A stretch of DNA of 64,000 nt from an uncultured beta proteobacterium (GTDB lineage: Bacteria > Pseudomonadota > Gammaproteobacteria > Burkholderiales > Burkholderiaceae_F): the NCBI GenBank assembly GCA_963712485.1, contig CAVQID010000019.1:42684-106683 (forward strand), written 5' to 3'. Shown here piece by piece: positions 22,216 through 31,616 of this stretch. A model generated the notes under the pieces. That model ran no database searches, had not been told where the DNA came from, and saw only the letters and a program-made list of their open reading frames with translations. Made by a program: the position numbers and the translations under genes. Positions within the stretch are counted from its first letter, which is position 1. Every line of letters starts with the position of its first letter.

Positions 22216-22647
22216 ATGGCAATGAATGTCGGTCCCGCCGGCGGCTCGCAGGATCCGGACGTGATGGTCGAGATCAACACCACGCCGCTGATCGACGTGA
22301 TGCTGGTCCTGCTGGTCATGCTGATCATCACGATTCCGATCCAGCTGCACTCGGTCAACCTGAACATGCCGGTGGGCACTCCGCCGCCGATGACCGAGAA
22401 GCCGCAGGTCATCACTGTCGACGTCGACTTTGACGGGACCGTGTACTGGGACGGCGAGATCATCGCCGACAAGGCGGCGCTCGAGACGCGCCTGCGCGAT
22501 GCCGCGGCACAACCGGTGCAGCCCGAAGTCCACCTGCGGCCCAACAAGCTGGCCGAGTACAAGGACGTCGCGGCGGTCATGGCCGCGGCACAGCGCCTTG
22601 GCGTGACCAAGCTCGGCCTGGTGGGCAACGAGCAGTTTGTGCGCTAG
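22216..22647 (+). CDS. exbD: biopolymer transport protein ExbD/TolR (second copy)
   Basis: 143 aa and intact. Contains EINTTPLIDVMLVLLVMLIITIP and a C-terminal ...YKDVAAVMAAAQRLGVTKLGLVGNE. Confidence 0.88.
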   Translation: MAMNVGPAGGSQDPDVMVEINTTPLIDVMLVLLVMLIITIPIQLHSVNLNMPVGTPPPMTEKPQVITVDVDFDGTVYWDGEIIADKAALETRLRDAAAQPVQPEVHLRPNKLAEYKDVAAVMAAAQRLGVTKLGLVGNEQFVR

Positions 22648-22786
22648 CCGGTCCGGACACAGCGATTGACGGTCGCCCGGGGCCGACGATCCGGGGTTTG
22701 TCCCGGGCGCGAAAGTTGCGAGCTGCTGTAGCCGTTAACGTAGATTGCGGCGTTCATCATCCTGACGACGCACAGGAGATCCTCTG

Positions 22787-24039
22787 ATGCGACAGTTCCT
22801 CATTCAATTGCGCGGTCCGCTGCGCTGCGCGGTGGCGGTGGCCGCCGTTGCCGCATCGTTCGGCCTGCAGGGCACCGCCGGATGGCGTGCACTGGGCCTC
22901 GGCCCAGGCCCAGGACGCGGTGCGCGCTGAGGTCGGCCGCCCACTGCAGGCATCGCGCGATCTCTTCAAGCAGGGCAAGTACAAGGAATCGCTCGCCAAG
23001 CTGCGGGAAGTCGAAGCGGTGCCGAACCGCACCGCGCAGGAAAACATCTGATCGAGCAGATGCGCGCGGCCGCGGCGACTCAGGCGGGCGATACCGAGCA
23101 GGCGATCAGGGCGTCGCAGGCACTGCTGGCTTCAGGCAAGCTGCCGGAGGCCGAACAGGCCCGCCACGCCGCCAGATCTGGCCAGCCTCTACTACCGCAA
23201 CCGGGATTACGCCAACGCCGCCAAGTGGGCCGATCGTGCGCTGAAGAGCAATCCCGGCGACAAGGCGATGCGTGGGCTGCTGATCCAGTCCTACTACCAG
23301 GCCGGCGACTTCCAGGCGGCCTCGCGCGAGGCGATGGTCGATGTGCAGGCGGCGGAAAAGGCCGGCCAGGCCCCACCCGAGGATCGCCTGCAACTGCTGG
23401 CCAACGTCGCTTCGAAGGGGGGCGATCGCGGGTCCTACGTGTCGTCGCTGGAACGCCTGGTGGCGTACTACCCGAAACGCGAGTACTGGGCGGATCTGCT
23501 GCGCCGGATCGAGTCCAAGCCGGGCTTTTCAAATCGGCTGACATTCGACGTCTACCGCCTGCGCCTGGCGACCAAGACGCTCGACGTCGGCCAGTGATTA
23601 CAGCGAAGCGGCGCAGCTGGCGCTGCAGCAGGGACAGGCGGCCGAGGCGAAGAAGATCCTCGACGAGGGCTTCGCCGCAGGGGCGCTGGGCAAGGGCGCG
23701 GAGGCCGAGCGTCAGAAGCGCCTGCTCGCACTCGCAACCCAGCGCGCAACGATGCGCCCAGGGACCTCGCTACGGCAGAAGCCGAAGCCGCCGAAGGACG
23801 GCAACGCACTCGTGCGAATCGGCATGGCCTACACCGGCCTGGGCCAGTACGACAAGGGCATCGCGCTGATGCAAAAGGGCATTGCCAAGGGCGGCATGAA
23901 GCACCCGGAGGACGCGCGCCTGCATCTGGGCATCGCCTACCTGCGAGCCGGCAACAAGGCCAAGGCCAACGAGACGCTGCGCGGGGTCAAGGGGACGGAC
24001 GGGGCCGCTGATCTGGCGCGGCTGTGGACGCGCGTCTAA
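22787..24039 (+). pseudogene. tetratricopeptide-repeat protein of the TonB-ExbBD cluster, ~5 frame breaks
   Basis: Good RBS (CAGGAGA) and a signal-like N-terminus. TPR-like helices are spread over three frames: DLFKQGKYKESLAKLREV, LYYRNRDYANAAKWADRALKSNPGD, and GMAYTGLGQYDKGIALMQKGI...LHLGIAYLRAGNKAKANETL. Breaks lie near 22880, 23050, 23165, 23590 and 23750. Confidence 0.65.
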
Positions 24040-24129
24040 CTTCCGCGCGCGCGGCACGCGTCGGCGGCGCGACGGAGAGACCGGCACGCTGCTGAAAAGC
24101 GCGGCGCCTGGTGCGTCGCAGCCGCTCTG

Positions 24130-24555
24130 CTAGTTCTTCAAGGTCTGCAGGTAGGCCACGACGTCTTCAACTTCCTCGGCCGTCAAGGCAGGGACGCCGC
24201 CCTTCAGCCCGCCGGACTTGTGAAAGCTCGGCATCGCTGTGCCGCGCGAAATGCGCGACAGATCGACGACCGAAAGGCGCAGCTGCGCCGGCGTAAGCAC
24301 CGCGCCCACGCCATCGAGTGCCGGGCCTTTCGTTCCGCCCGGCTGCATGTCCTTGTCCTTGATCGAATGACAGGTCAGGCAATTCGCCGAGCTGCGCTTG
24401 ATCAGCAGCGCTCGGCCGCGCCCAGGGTCGCCCGGCTTGCCGGTCAGCGACTGCGGGATGCCGTCGCCCACCACCTTGTAGTCCGTGACCTGTGCCTGGG
24501 CAGCGCCAGCCGCCGCGACAGCCAGCGCGATCAGAAGAAACGGTCTCATCATCAT
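24130..24555 (-). CDS. monohaem c-type cytochrome, SoxX-like
   Basis: 141 aa with a signal peptide and a single CLTCH haem site. The pattern IPQSLTGKPGDPGRGRAL...ANCLTCH...GPALDGVG...AQLRL...TAMPSF...VEDVVAYLQTLK matches my memory of the SoxX family. No soxA/Y/Z/B genes are nearby. Confidence 0.7.
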   Translation of the reverse strand: MMMRPFLLIALAVAAAGAAQAQVTDYKVVGDGIPQSLTGKPGDPGRGRALLIKRSSANCLTCHSIKDKDMQPGGTKGPALDGVGAVLTPAQLRLSVVDLSRISRGTAMPSFHKSGGLKGGVPALTAEEVEDVVAYLQTLKN

Positions 24556-24722
24556 TCCGGGACGTGCCCGGCTCCGTCATCCTGCCCGGCAGGGGTTCCG
24601 CGCGATGCTGCGCGGGCACCTGCCCCACGGCAACGGATCTAGTCTGGTCCGCCGGGGCGGCTCGGTATTGGCCCAACGCAAGGACCTGGACACCTGGCCG
24701 TCGCGCCAGTGACGCTGGACCG

Positions 24723-24899
24723 TCACTGGTGCGTCGACGAGTTGCCGGACGTCGAAGCGACCGTCGTGGGCTTGATCTGCGCAGCCAGCAGCGCCGCACG
24801 ATCGTGATCGGCGACCGACACGACGGCGCTGAAGATCACGAGCGTCGTGGCGGCGGCGGCAATGAGGGCTGCTCCGCGCTTGATAAGTTGCTTGTCCAT
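24723..24899 (-). CDS. hypothetical small membrane protein (58 aa)
   Basis: Strong RBS (GGAGAAAAGCA-ATG), high third-position GC and one predicted TM helix (AALIAAAATTLVIFSAVVSV). It is only the C-terminal part of the implausible 227-aa ORF 24723..25406. Confidence 0.45.
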   Translation of the reverse strand: MDKQLIKRGAALIAAAATTLVIFSAVVSVADHDRAALLAAQIKPTTVASTSGNSSTHQ

Positions 24900-25073
24900 T
24901 GCTTTTCTCCGTTTGGTTCCCCGCCACTCAGCGGATGACGTGCATTTCATCCTCTTGCGGCCGGACGCTCCACGGAAGAAGCCCCCTCGGACGATCGGCA
25001 TATTCACGTCGCTGCTCCAAGCCTGGATCAAGCGAGCTTGCGTCGCCCGGCCGCACTGCGATGGCCGGTCAGC

Positions 25074-25097
25074 AAAAAAACGGCGTGAACTGCCGTT
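25074..25097 (-). terminator. orphan intrinsic-terminator-like hairpin + U-tract
   Basis: The minus strand reads AACGGC-AGTTCAC-GCCGTT followed by a T run (A7 at 25074-25080 on the plus strand). The same 3' arm can instead pair with a 12-nt perfect complement 73 nt upstream (25167-25178 with 25082-25093). No annotated minus-strand gene ends here. Confidence 0.35.
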
Positions 25098-25277
25098 GGG
25101 CGCGACGAACTGCAGCGGGGGCCGACGAACGACAGAAGTGCGGCTGAGGGCGACGAAATCCGCTTTGCAGTTCACGCCGCGATTTCTGCGGCCCGTCGCA
25201 AGTCGCTCGAAACCGTGGCCTGGTCTGCCTACAGTGCACTCATCGACAACGCAGCACCGCACTGAAAGGACCGAACC

Positions 25278-25457
25278 ATGAACGCCGCCGCCACCCCGAG
25301 TTTCTCGACCCGCCTGACCGCTTTTGTCGTCGCGCTGCTCGCCAGCGGCGTGGTTCTGGGCAGCACCGTCGCCGGCATGCAGCCGCGCGAAGCAGGTGCC
25401 CGTCAACAGGTCATCGCGCTGGAGCGCGTGACGGTGACCGCTGCGCGGGTGAACTGA
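25278..25457 (+). CDS. hypothetical small membrane protein (59 aa)
   Basis: ATG preceded by AAAGGA. Third-position GC is high, with one TM helix (RLTAFVVALLASGVVLGSTV). A hairpin terminator lies 90 nt downstream. It is below the 60-aa cutoff of the ORF track. Confidence 0.4.
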   Translation: MNAAATPSFSTRLTAFVVALLASGVVLGSTVAGMQPREAGARQQVIALERVTVTAARVN

Positions 25458-25546
25458 GCGCGACGCGCACGGCGCGCCGCGCCCGGTCCCGCGGCGTTCG
25501 CCCGCGCGCAGGGCAGAACCCGATTTACCGCATCAGGCCATACGAC

Positions 25547-25578
25547 AAAGCCCGGCTTCGGCCGGGCTTTGCCTTTGT
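25547..25578 (+). terminator. intrinsic terminator-like hairpin
   Basis: AAAGCCCGGC-TTCG-GCCGGGCTTT followed by GCCTTTG, downstream of the 59-aa ORF. Confidence 0.5.
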
Positions 25579-25603
25579 GCCTCCGAGCGTGGATTCGCAG
25601 AAA

Positions 25604-25630
25604 TGAAAAAGGCCCGCCGAAGCGGGCCTT
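25604..25630 (-). terminator. intrinsic terminator of receptor gene 1
   Basis: The minus strand reads AAGGCCCGC-TTCG-GCGGGCCTT followed by TTTCATTT. It lies 24 nt after the receptor stop codon. Confidence 0.8.
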
Positions 25631-25653
25631 GAGGCTGGGTACAACTGTCGTTG

Positions 25654-28392
25654 TTATTTGAACTCGTAGCCGACGCGAACCATGTACGTGCGGTCGAGCG
25701 GGTTCGTGAAACGCGGGTCGTAACCGACCTGGAATGTCGAACCCTGATTCGAGAACGGCGGTGTCTCGTTGAAGAGGTTCAGGACACCGGCCGTGATCGA
25801 AAGGCCCTTGACTCCCTGCCATGTCCCGGTCAGATCCCACACCGAGTAGCCGCCCACCTTGTTGTCGTCATACGGGGGCCCTTCCTCTGTGGTGTTCTGG
25901 TCCTGGTACGAACTCTTCAGGCGGTTGAAGAGATTGACTGACCACTCGGCATACTGCCAGCCCAACGACGTCACGCTCTGGAACCGGAATACTGGAAAGT
26001 CCAGTTCGAGAGAGTACTGGCCCAGCGGGTTGTAGTACGTGCCGCCCTTCGACAACTGCTGCTTGTAGTTGATGATGTAGGTGGCATTGAACGTCAGGTT
26101 GAAGCGTCCATAGCTGGTCGGCGCAGGGTTCAGCTGGAAGTTGAAGTCCAGCCCGCTCGCCTTGATGTCGCCGAAGTTGTCGGTCGGCGTATAGACATAC
26201 GCCAGGACATTCGCATTTGGCGCACTGCACACGTCGATCAGGGCGGCTTCTGCGGCAGACAATGCTCCGCATCGCACGAAGTAGAACGACGTGTTCAGGG
26301 CCGGATTGGCAAACACTTCCGCATCGGGAAGCAGCAGGACCTGGTTCTTGATCACCGTATTCCAGTAATCGACCCCAAAGCTCACCTCGCGCGTGACATC
26401 CAGCACGAATCCCGCTGACCACGAATCCGACGTTTCCGGCTCGAGGTTCTGGTTGCCCTGGTAGCGCCGATTGAACTGCTGTTCGCAGTCGCGTCCCTGT
26501 ACACCTCCGAGTGCCGCATTCGGCACCCCGTTCGGACACAGCAGCGGATCGTCGTAAGGGTTGGCCGTGTTGGTGATCTGCGTCGGCTGGTGGAGATCGT
26601 AGAGCGTGGGCGCACGGAAGCCCTGGTTATAGGACGCACGCAACAGCAGTGCGTCGACGGGCTGGTAACGGACGGCGACTTTCGGGCTCCAGTTGGTGCC
26701 GACATCGCTGTAGTCGTCGTAGCGCAATGCCAGTGAGACATCGAGGTTCTTGATGATCGGGATGCTGAGTTCGGCCATCAGCGCCCACACATTCCGGTCG
26801 CCACTCGTATCCTGGGACAGTTCAAGGCCCGAACTCGCGGCCTGGCTGATCAGCGCGAAGTTGTTCTTGTAGGCGATCTCTTCATTCCGGTAGTCGGCGC
26901 CGATCGCCAGTGTGAGCGGACCCGCGGGCAGCTGCATCAGGTCGGTGCTCGCTGTCGCATTGATACCCCAAAGGGTACCGTCGATGTTCTGCACCGTCCC
27001 GAGAACCTTGGACGACATCAGGTAGCCCTGGCCGGCGGCGTTTTGCGGGCCGAACGGATTCAGGTTCACGCCCCCGGCATTGCCCTGCAGGGCCGCGTCG
27101 ATGGTGTCGTAGTTGACGTATCCGTCGGTGAAGATGTTGGTGACTTTCGAGCCCGAGTAGTAGGCGGCCGCGTTGTAGTTCCAGTTCCAGTCGTTGCCTT
27201 CGAGGCTTAGCAACGCGCGATCGGTCACGTTCTCGAACGAACTGCTGCGTTGTCCCGCCGTCGTCGTCCGCCAATTGACGGTAATCGGATCCGTCGCCAC
27301 CAACCCGGCCGCACTCGGCGTGCCGGCCGAGCCGCCCGGGAAGTACGGGTTGGCGTTGGTCATTGTCAGCCCGACCAGCGGGGTCGGTGCGACATTCGTG
27401 TCGAGCGTGTTCTCCGCACGGAAGTACTCGAGCGACAGCGTGTTGTTCTTGCCCAGTGCGAGCGACCCGCGTGCCACGAACGACCAGATTTCCTGTTCGG
27501 GAATCAGGTCGACCTGTCGCGCATAGTCGAACCGGCATGCGCCGCTGTTCGCAAAGGAATCCGGGGGCGAGCAGCCGGGCAGCGCCGGATTGCTAGTGAC
27601 ATTCAGGTCGCCCGTAGTCGGGTCGTACTGTGCCCAGGTGGCCGGAAACGTCGTGCCGGAAGACTTTGCGAGTCCTTTCGAGGGGATGACCCCGGTAGCT
27701 GCATATTCACGGTCCGGCGCGGCGAGCACCTTCTGCTTCTGGTACGTGAAACCGCCGTAGACGTTGAAGCCCTGGGTGGCCAGCGAGCCATACCCGCCGA
27801 AGATGTTGGCGCCGTACGAGTCGCCTCCGTTGCCGTCCGGCCACTTGCCATCGGCGGCAACGCTGATGCCCTGGTACTCCTTGCGGGTGATGATGTTGAT
27901 GACGCCGGCGATCGCGTCCGTGCCATAGATGGCCGACGCGCCGTCGCGCAGGACCTCGATCCTCTCGATGGCCACCGTGGGAAGCGTGTTGAGGTCGACC
28001 GCGCGCCCCTCGTAGGGGTTGTTCACGACCCGCTGGCCATTGAGCAGGACCAGGGTCCGCTGTGGGCCGAGACCACGAAGGTCGGCGTATGACGTGCCGC
28101 CGTTGCTCGCCCCGACCGAATTTGCCGAGATAATTGCGCTCTGGTTTTCCGTGATGAACTGGACGGCCTGCTCGGCGGTGGTAACGCCGGCCTTCTGCAG
28201 TTCTTCGATGCTTAGCGTCGTGATGGGCAATGCGGTTTCGCCCGCCGCACGCCGGATCATTGAGCCCGTAATTTCCACGCGGTCGAGCTGTTGCGGCTGC
28301 TGCGCCTGCGCCAGGCTCTGTGGCGCGAAGCCCGTTAGGCCAGCGGTTAGCGCAGCGCTGACCGCAAGACTTAGTCGCGTTCTGTTCAACAT
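25654..28392 (-). CDS. TonB-dependent outer-membrane receptor (paralog 1, intact)
   Basis: Likely starts at MLNRTRLSLAVSAAL with a signal peptide. Has a plug domain with a TonB-box-like LDRVEITGSMIRR, NRIEVLRGP-type motifs (IERIEVLRDGASAIYGTDAIAGVINIITRK) and a ~700-aa beta-barrel ending ...VRVGYEFK. Confidence 0.9.
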   Translation of the reverse strand: MLNRTRLSLAVSAALTAGLTGFAPQSLAQAQQPQQLDRVEITGSMIRRAAGETALPITTLSIEELQKAGVTTAEQAVQFITENQSAIISANSVGASNGGTSYADLRGLGPQRTLVLLNGQRVVNNPYEGRAVDLNTLPTVAIERIEVLRDGASAIYGTDAIAGVINIITRKEYQGISVAADGKWPDGNGGDSYGANIFGGYGSLATQGFNVYGGFTYQKQKVLAAPDREYAATGVIPSKGLAKSSGTTFPATWAQYDPTTGDLNVTSNPALPGCSPPDSFANSGACRFDYARQVDLIPEQEIWSFVARGSLALGKNNTLSLEYFRAENTLDTNVAPTPLVGLTMTNANPYFPGGSAGTPSAAGLVATDPITVNWRTTTAGQRSSSFENVTDRALLSLEGNDWNWNYNAAAYYSGSKVTNIFTDGYVNYDTIDAALQGNAGGVNLNPFGPQNAAGQGYLMSSKVLGTVQNIDGTLWGINATASTDLMQLPAGPLTLAIGADYRNEEIAYKNNFALISQAASSGLELSQDTSGDRNVWALMAELSIPIIKNLDVSLALRYDDYSDVGTNWSPKVAVRYQPVDALLLRASYNQGFRAPTLYDLHQPTQITNTANPYDDPLLCPNGVPNAALGGVQGRDCEQQFNRRYQGNQNLEPETSDSWSAGFVLDVTREVSFGVDYWNTVIKNQVLLLPDAEVFANPALNTSFYFVRCGALSAAEAALIDVCSAPNANVLAYVYTPTDNFGDIKASGLDFNFQLNPAPTSYGRFNLTFNATYIINYKQQLSKGGTYYNPLGQYSLELDFPVFRFQSVTSLGWQYAEWSVNLFNRLKSSYQDQNTTEEGPPYDDNKVGGYSVWDLTGTWQGVKGLSITAGVLNLFNETPPFSNQGSTFQVGYDPRFTNPLDRTYMVRVGYEFK

Positions 28393-28488
28393 ATGAAACG
28401 TCCTCCAGTTTGGATGCCCGAATAGACGACTTCGGGGAAACATCAGTCACGTTTTCCCGAATGAGTCCCGTCTCGGTACTTCGCGAGC

Positions 28489-28505
28489 GTAACGAATGTC
28501 ATCAA
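28489..28505 (-). promoter_or_regulatory. candidate operator in the promoter spacer of receptor gene 1
   Basis: The coding strand reads TTGATGACATTCGTTAC, which is 15/17 identical to the site upstream of receptor 2. It lies 97-113 nt upstream of the ATG, flanked by -35-like TTTCGG and -10-like TACGCT. Confidence 0.35.
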
Positions 28506-28602
28506 ACCGAAAGGAAAAATGCTGCGCTGGAGCGAAGGAGCGGCCGAACGTTGTCGCTTGCATCCAACACCCGGGCTTGCTGCGCTGCGGCACAAACCAA
28601 CC

Positions 28603-28633
28603 AAAAAAAGGCGGCGCCCGTGAAGGCGCCGCC
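28603..28633 (-). terminator. intrinsic terminator of receptor gene 2
   Basis: The minus strand reads GGCGGCGCC-TTCACG-GGCGCCGCC followed by TTTTTTT. It lies 27 nt after the stop codon. Confidence 0.85.
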
Positions 28634-28659
28634 GTCAAAACGCAGCCGAGGTGGTTCGG

Positions 28660-31432
28660 CTAATTGAACTCGTACTTCGCGCCCAAGGTCCAGGTACGTC
28701 CGAGCGGGGTCGCGAAGCGGTCGTCATACGCGCGCGCCTGGAAGCGTGCGGCTTGGTTCGTATACGACGGGTCGGTGTCGAAAACGTTCAGCACCCCAAG
28801 GAGAACAGTCAATCCCTGGACGCCTTGCCAGCCCGCTGACAGGTCGAACTGGCCATAGGCACCGACTGTGTTCCGGTTGTAGGGCGCCGGAATGCCCGCA
28901 GCGGCGTTGGCGTCGAAGTAGCCGGACTGATAACGGTAGATGATATTGGCGGTCCACGCGCTCATCTGCCAGCCCAGGTTCACGATCTGCTTGAGCCGGA
29001 AGACCGGACCGGGACTGCCGCCGTCGTCGGTGAACTGGGCGTTGTAGTTGCCGACTGGGTTGAACCACACGCCGTTCGGCTCCTTCTGAAACTCGTACTT
29101 CAACGTATACGAGCCACGGTAATTGACGGCGAAGCGACCGTACTCGGTGGCAGCTGGGTTCCAGTTGATGTTCCAGTCGATGCCGGAGGTCTTGGTATCG
29201 CCGAGGTTCAGGTTGGTGTTGATGACATAGGCCAGCGGATCCCCGCCCGGAGCGTTGCAACCGGGGATCGTCGGTATGAACACCGGGTTCGCCGCACTGC
29301 AGCGCACAAACAGGTTGGCGTACTGCGTCGGGTTGCCGAAGATCGCCGGGTCGCCAATCGTGGCGATGTTATCCGTGACCTCATAGTTCCAGTAGTCCAT
29401 GCCGAACGACAGTTCCGGCGTCGGCTGGAGCACGAAACCTACCGTCCAGGCGGTCGATTCTTCCGGCTGCAGATCCTCGTTACCCCCCTGCAACTGCTGG
29501 AACTGAATGTTGCAGTCTCGCGAGGAAATACCTCCCGCGGCCGTGTTGACAATGCCATTCGGACAGAGCACCGGGTCGTTGTAACGCGTGCCGGTGAACG
29601 TCGTCTGGTTCGGCAGGTAAAGCTGCGTCAGCGAAGGCGCGGCGAACCCGGTGTTGTACGAACCGCGCAACAGAACGTTTTGTACCGGCTCGTACCGGAA
29701 GGAGACCTTGGGGTTGGTCGTGCCGCCGAAGTCGCTGTAGTCGTCGTAACGAACCGACAGGCCGATTTCGAGGTTCTTCAGTACCGGGAATGCCATTTCC
29801 AGAGCCAATGCCCAGATGTCGCGGTCACCCTCGCGCAGCGCCGCGCCACCCGCCAGGCCGGAGGTTGTGGTCTGCCTCGCCTTGGCGACATCGGTGGTGA
29901 AGGTCATTTCTTCCGTGCGGTACTCGCCGAGAAGGCCGATCGACATCGGACCGCCCGCGAGGTTGCCGAAACTGGCGACCCCCCACCAAGGTCAAGCTGG
30001 AGAGCGTGCCGTCGCCGGTCTGCATGACGCCGGTAATCAGTGAGGAATTGAGGTAGGCCTGGCCCTCCGGAGTCTGCGGCCCGAACGGATTCAGCCAGGG
30101 CGCACCGTTGATCCCCCGCATGCCGTTTTGAAGTGCAGTGGCGCCGCCGTATCCGCTGATGAAGTTGGTGTCGATCTTCGAATTCGACCACAGCGCGTTC
30201 ACCGAGTAATCCCATTCGGCGACGACGCCTTCCAGGGCAGCGACGACCCGCTGCGTGTCATTGGTTCCGTCCTGATGTCGCCCTCCCAGCGCTGTCGTCC
30301 GCCAGTTGACATTAATTGGCAGCGCCGTATTCAGCGCCGGAGCGGTGAGCGGCGTGATGCCGTTGCCCGGGTAGAAGGGACTGTTGATTGGCATCTGCAG
30401 GCCGCCTTCCGGCGACGGTGCGATGGTCCGATCAATCTTGTTCGAAGAAAAGAAATACTCGAGCGACGCCGTGTGCTCCTTGCCCAGCGCGAGCGATCCG
30501 CGCAGGAAGACCGACCACTGTTCCTGGTTCGGCACGACGGTGGTAAAGCCCTGCGTGTCGGCGCCGCAGATCGGGCCGTTTAGCCCAATCGGTGGTGGCT
30601 GCGGAGTCGAAATCGACGTGGGCGGCTGGCAGGCCGGATAGGTCGGATTGACGTTCACGTTGGTCGACGACTGGGTGTAGTTGGCCGGGAAGGTCGTCGG
30701 ACTCAGTCCGTTGAAGCCGTGCGAAGGAATGTACGACGTGGCCATGAAATCGCGATCGGTACCCTGCAGCGATTCCTGCTTGCGGTAGTTGAAGCCGCCG
30801 AAGACGTTCCAGCCGTCGCTGGCCAGGCTGCCGATGCCACCCAGGATGTTGCCGATATAGACCTCACCGCCGCCCTCTTCCGGCAGCTGGACCTCGCCCC
30901 CGACGGTCACACCCTGGTAGTCCTTGCGAGTGATGAAATTGACCACGCCGGCGATCGCGTCCGTGCCATACGTCGACGATGCGCCATCGCTCAGAACCTC
31001 AATGCGGTCGAGCGCGCCCATGGGGAGCGTGTTCAGGTCGACCGCCACCGCGGAGAACGGGTTGGAAACAACACGCTTTCCGTTCAGCAGAACCAACGTA
31101 CGCTGTGCTCCCAGGCTGCGGAGCGACGCGTAGGACGCTGCGCCGTTGCCCTGACTGACCGAACCGGAACTGACCAAACTTGCGCCGCCCTGCGTGACCA
31201 GGCGCAATGCCTGTTCTGCATTGGTCGCGCCCGCCTTCACGAGTTCATCCGATGAGATCGTGGTCACCGGCAGCGCGTTCTCGGTCTCGATCCGCCGCAG
31301 CAACGACCCTGTGATCTCGACCCGGTCCATCGCCTGGGGCGTGGTTTGGCCTACCGCTCCAGGCGCGAACCCCACCAGTCCCGCGCTAAGAGCAGCGCTG
31401 ACTGCAAGGCTCAGCTTGGTCCTCTTCATCAT
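28660..31432 (-). pseudogene. TonB-dependent outer-membrane receptor (paralog 2), one frame break at a G6 run
   Basis: The N-terminal part (MMKRTKLSLAVSAALSAGLVGFAPG..., MDRVEITGSLLRR, plug) is in ORF 29825..31588. The barrel C-terminal part is in ORF 28660..29946. Removing one G from the G6 run (C6 at 29979-29984 on the plus strand) restores ...LTLVGVASFGNLAGGPMSIGLLGEYR... Confidence 0.88.
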
Positions 31433-31510
31433 ATTGATCTCCTCCGTTGAGATGCAGCGCAGCGACGAATGATTCACCGGTCCAGTCTTCGCCGTGCCGT
31501 GCGCGGGAGA

Positions 31511-31527
31511 GTAATCAATGTCATCAA
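31511..31527 (-). promoter_or_regulatory. candidate operator in the promoter spacer of receptor gene 2
   Basis: The coding strand reads TTGATGACATTGATTAC, 79-95 nt upstream of the ATG. It sits between -35-like TTTGCA (31530-31535) and -10-like TACTCT (31508-31513), with a 16-nt spacing. Confidence 0.35.
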
Positions 31528-31616
31528 GATGCAAAGTATTTCTTTCCGACTTCGCGACGAAGCGTCGCGCGACGTCGCATTCTTCCAACAGTCAGAAAGG
31601 TCGCTGATGATTCGAA

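Noticed and set aside
28393-28602. Possible riboswitch (e.g. cobalamin) or classical Fur box in the receptor-1 leader.
   Set aside because: I could not find a B12-box-like core or any other riboswitch core sequence that I recognise. The shared 17-mer matches the 19-bp Fur consensus at only about 10/17 positions. It is kept as an unnamed candidate operator.
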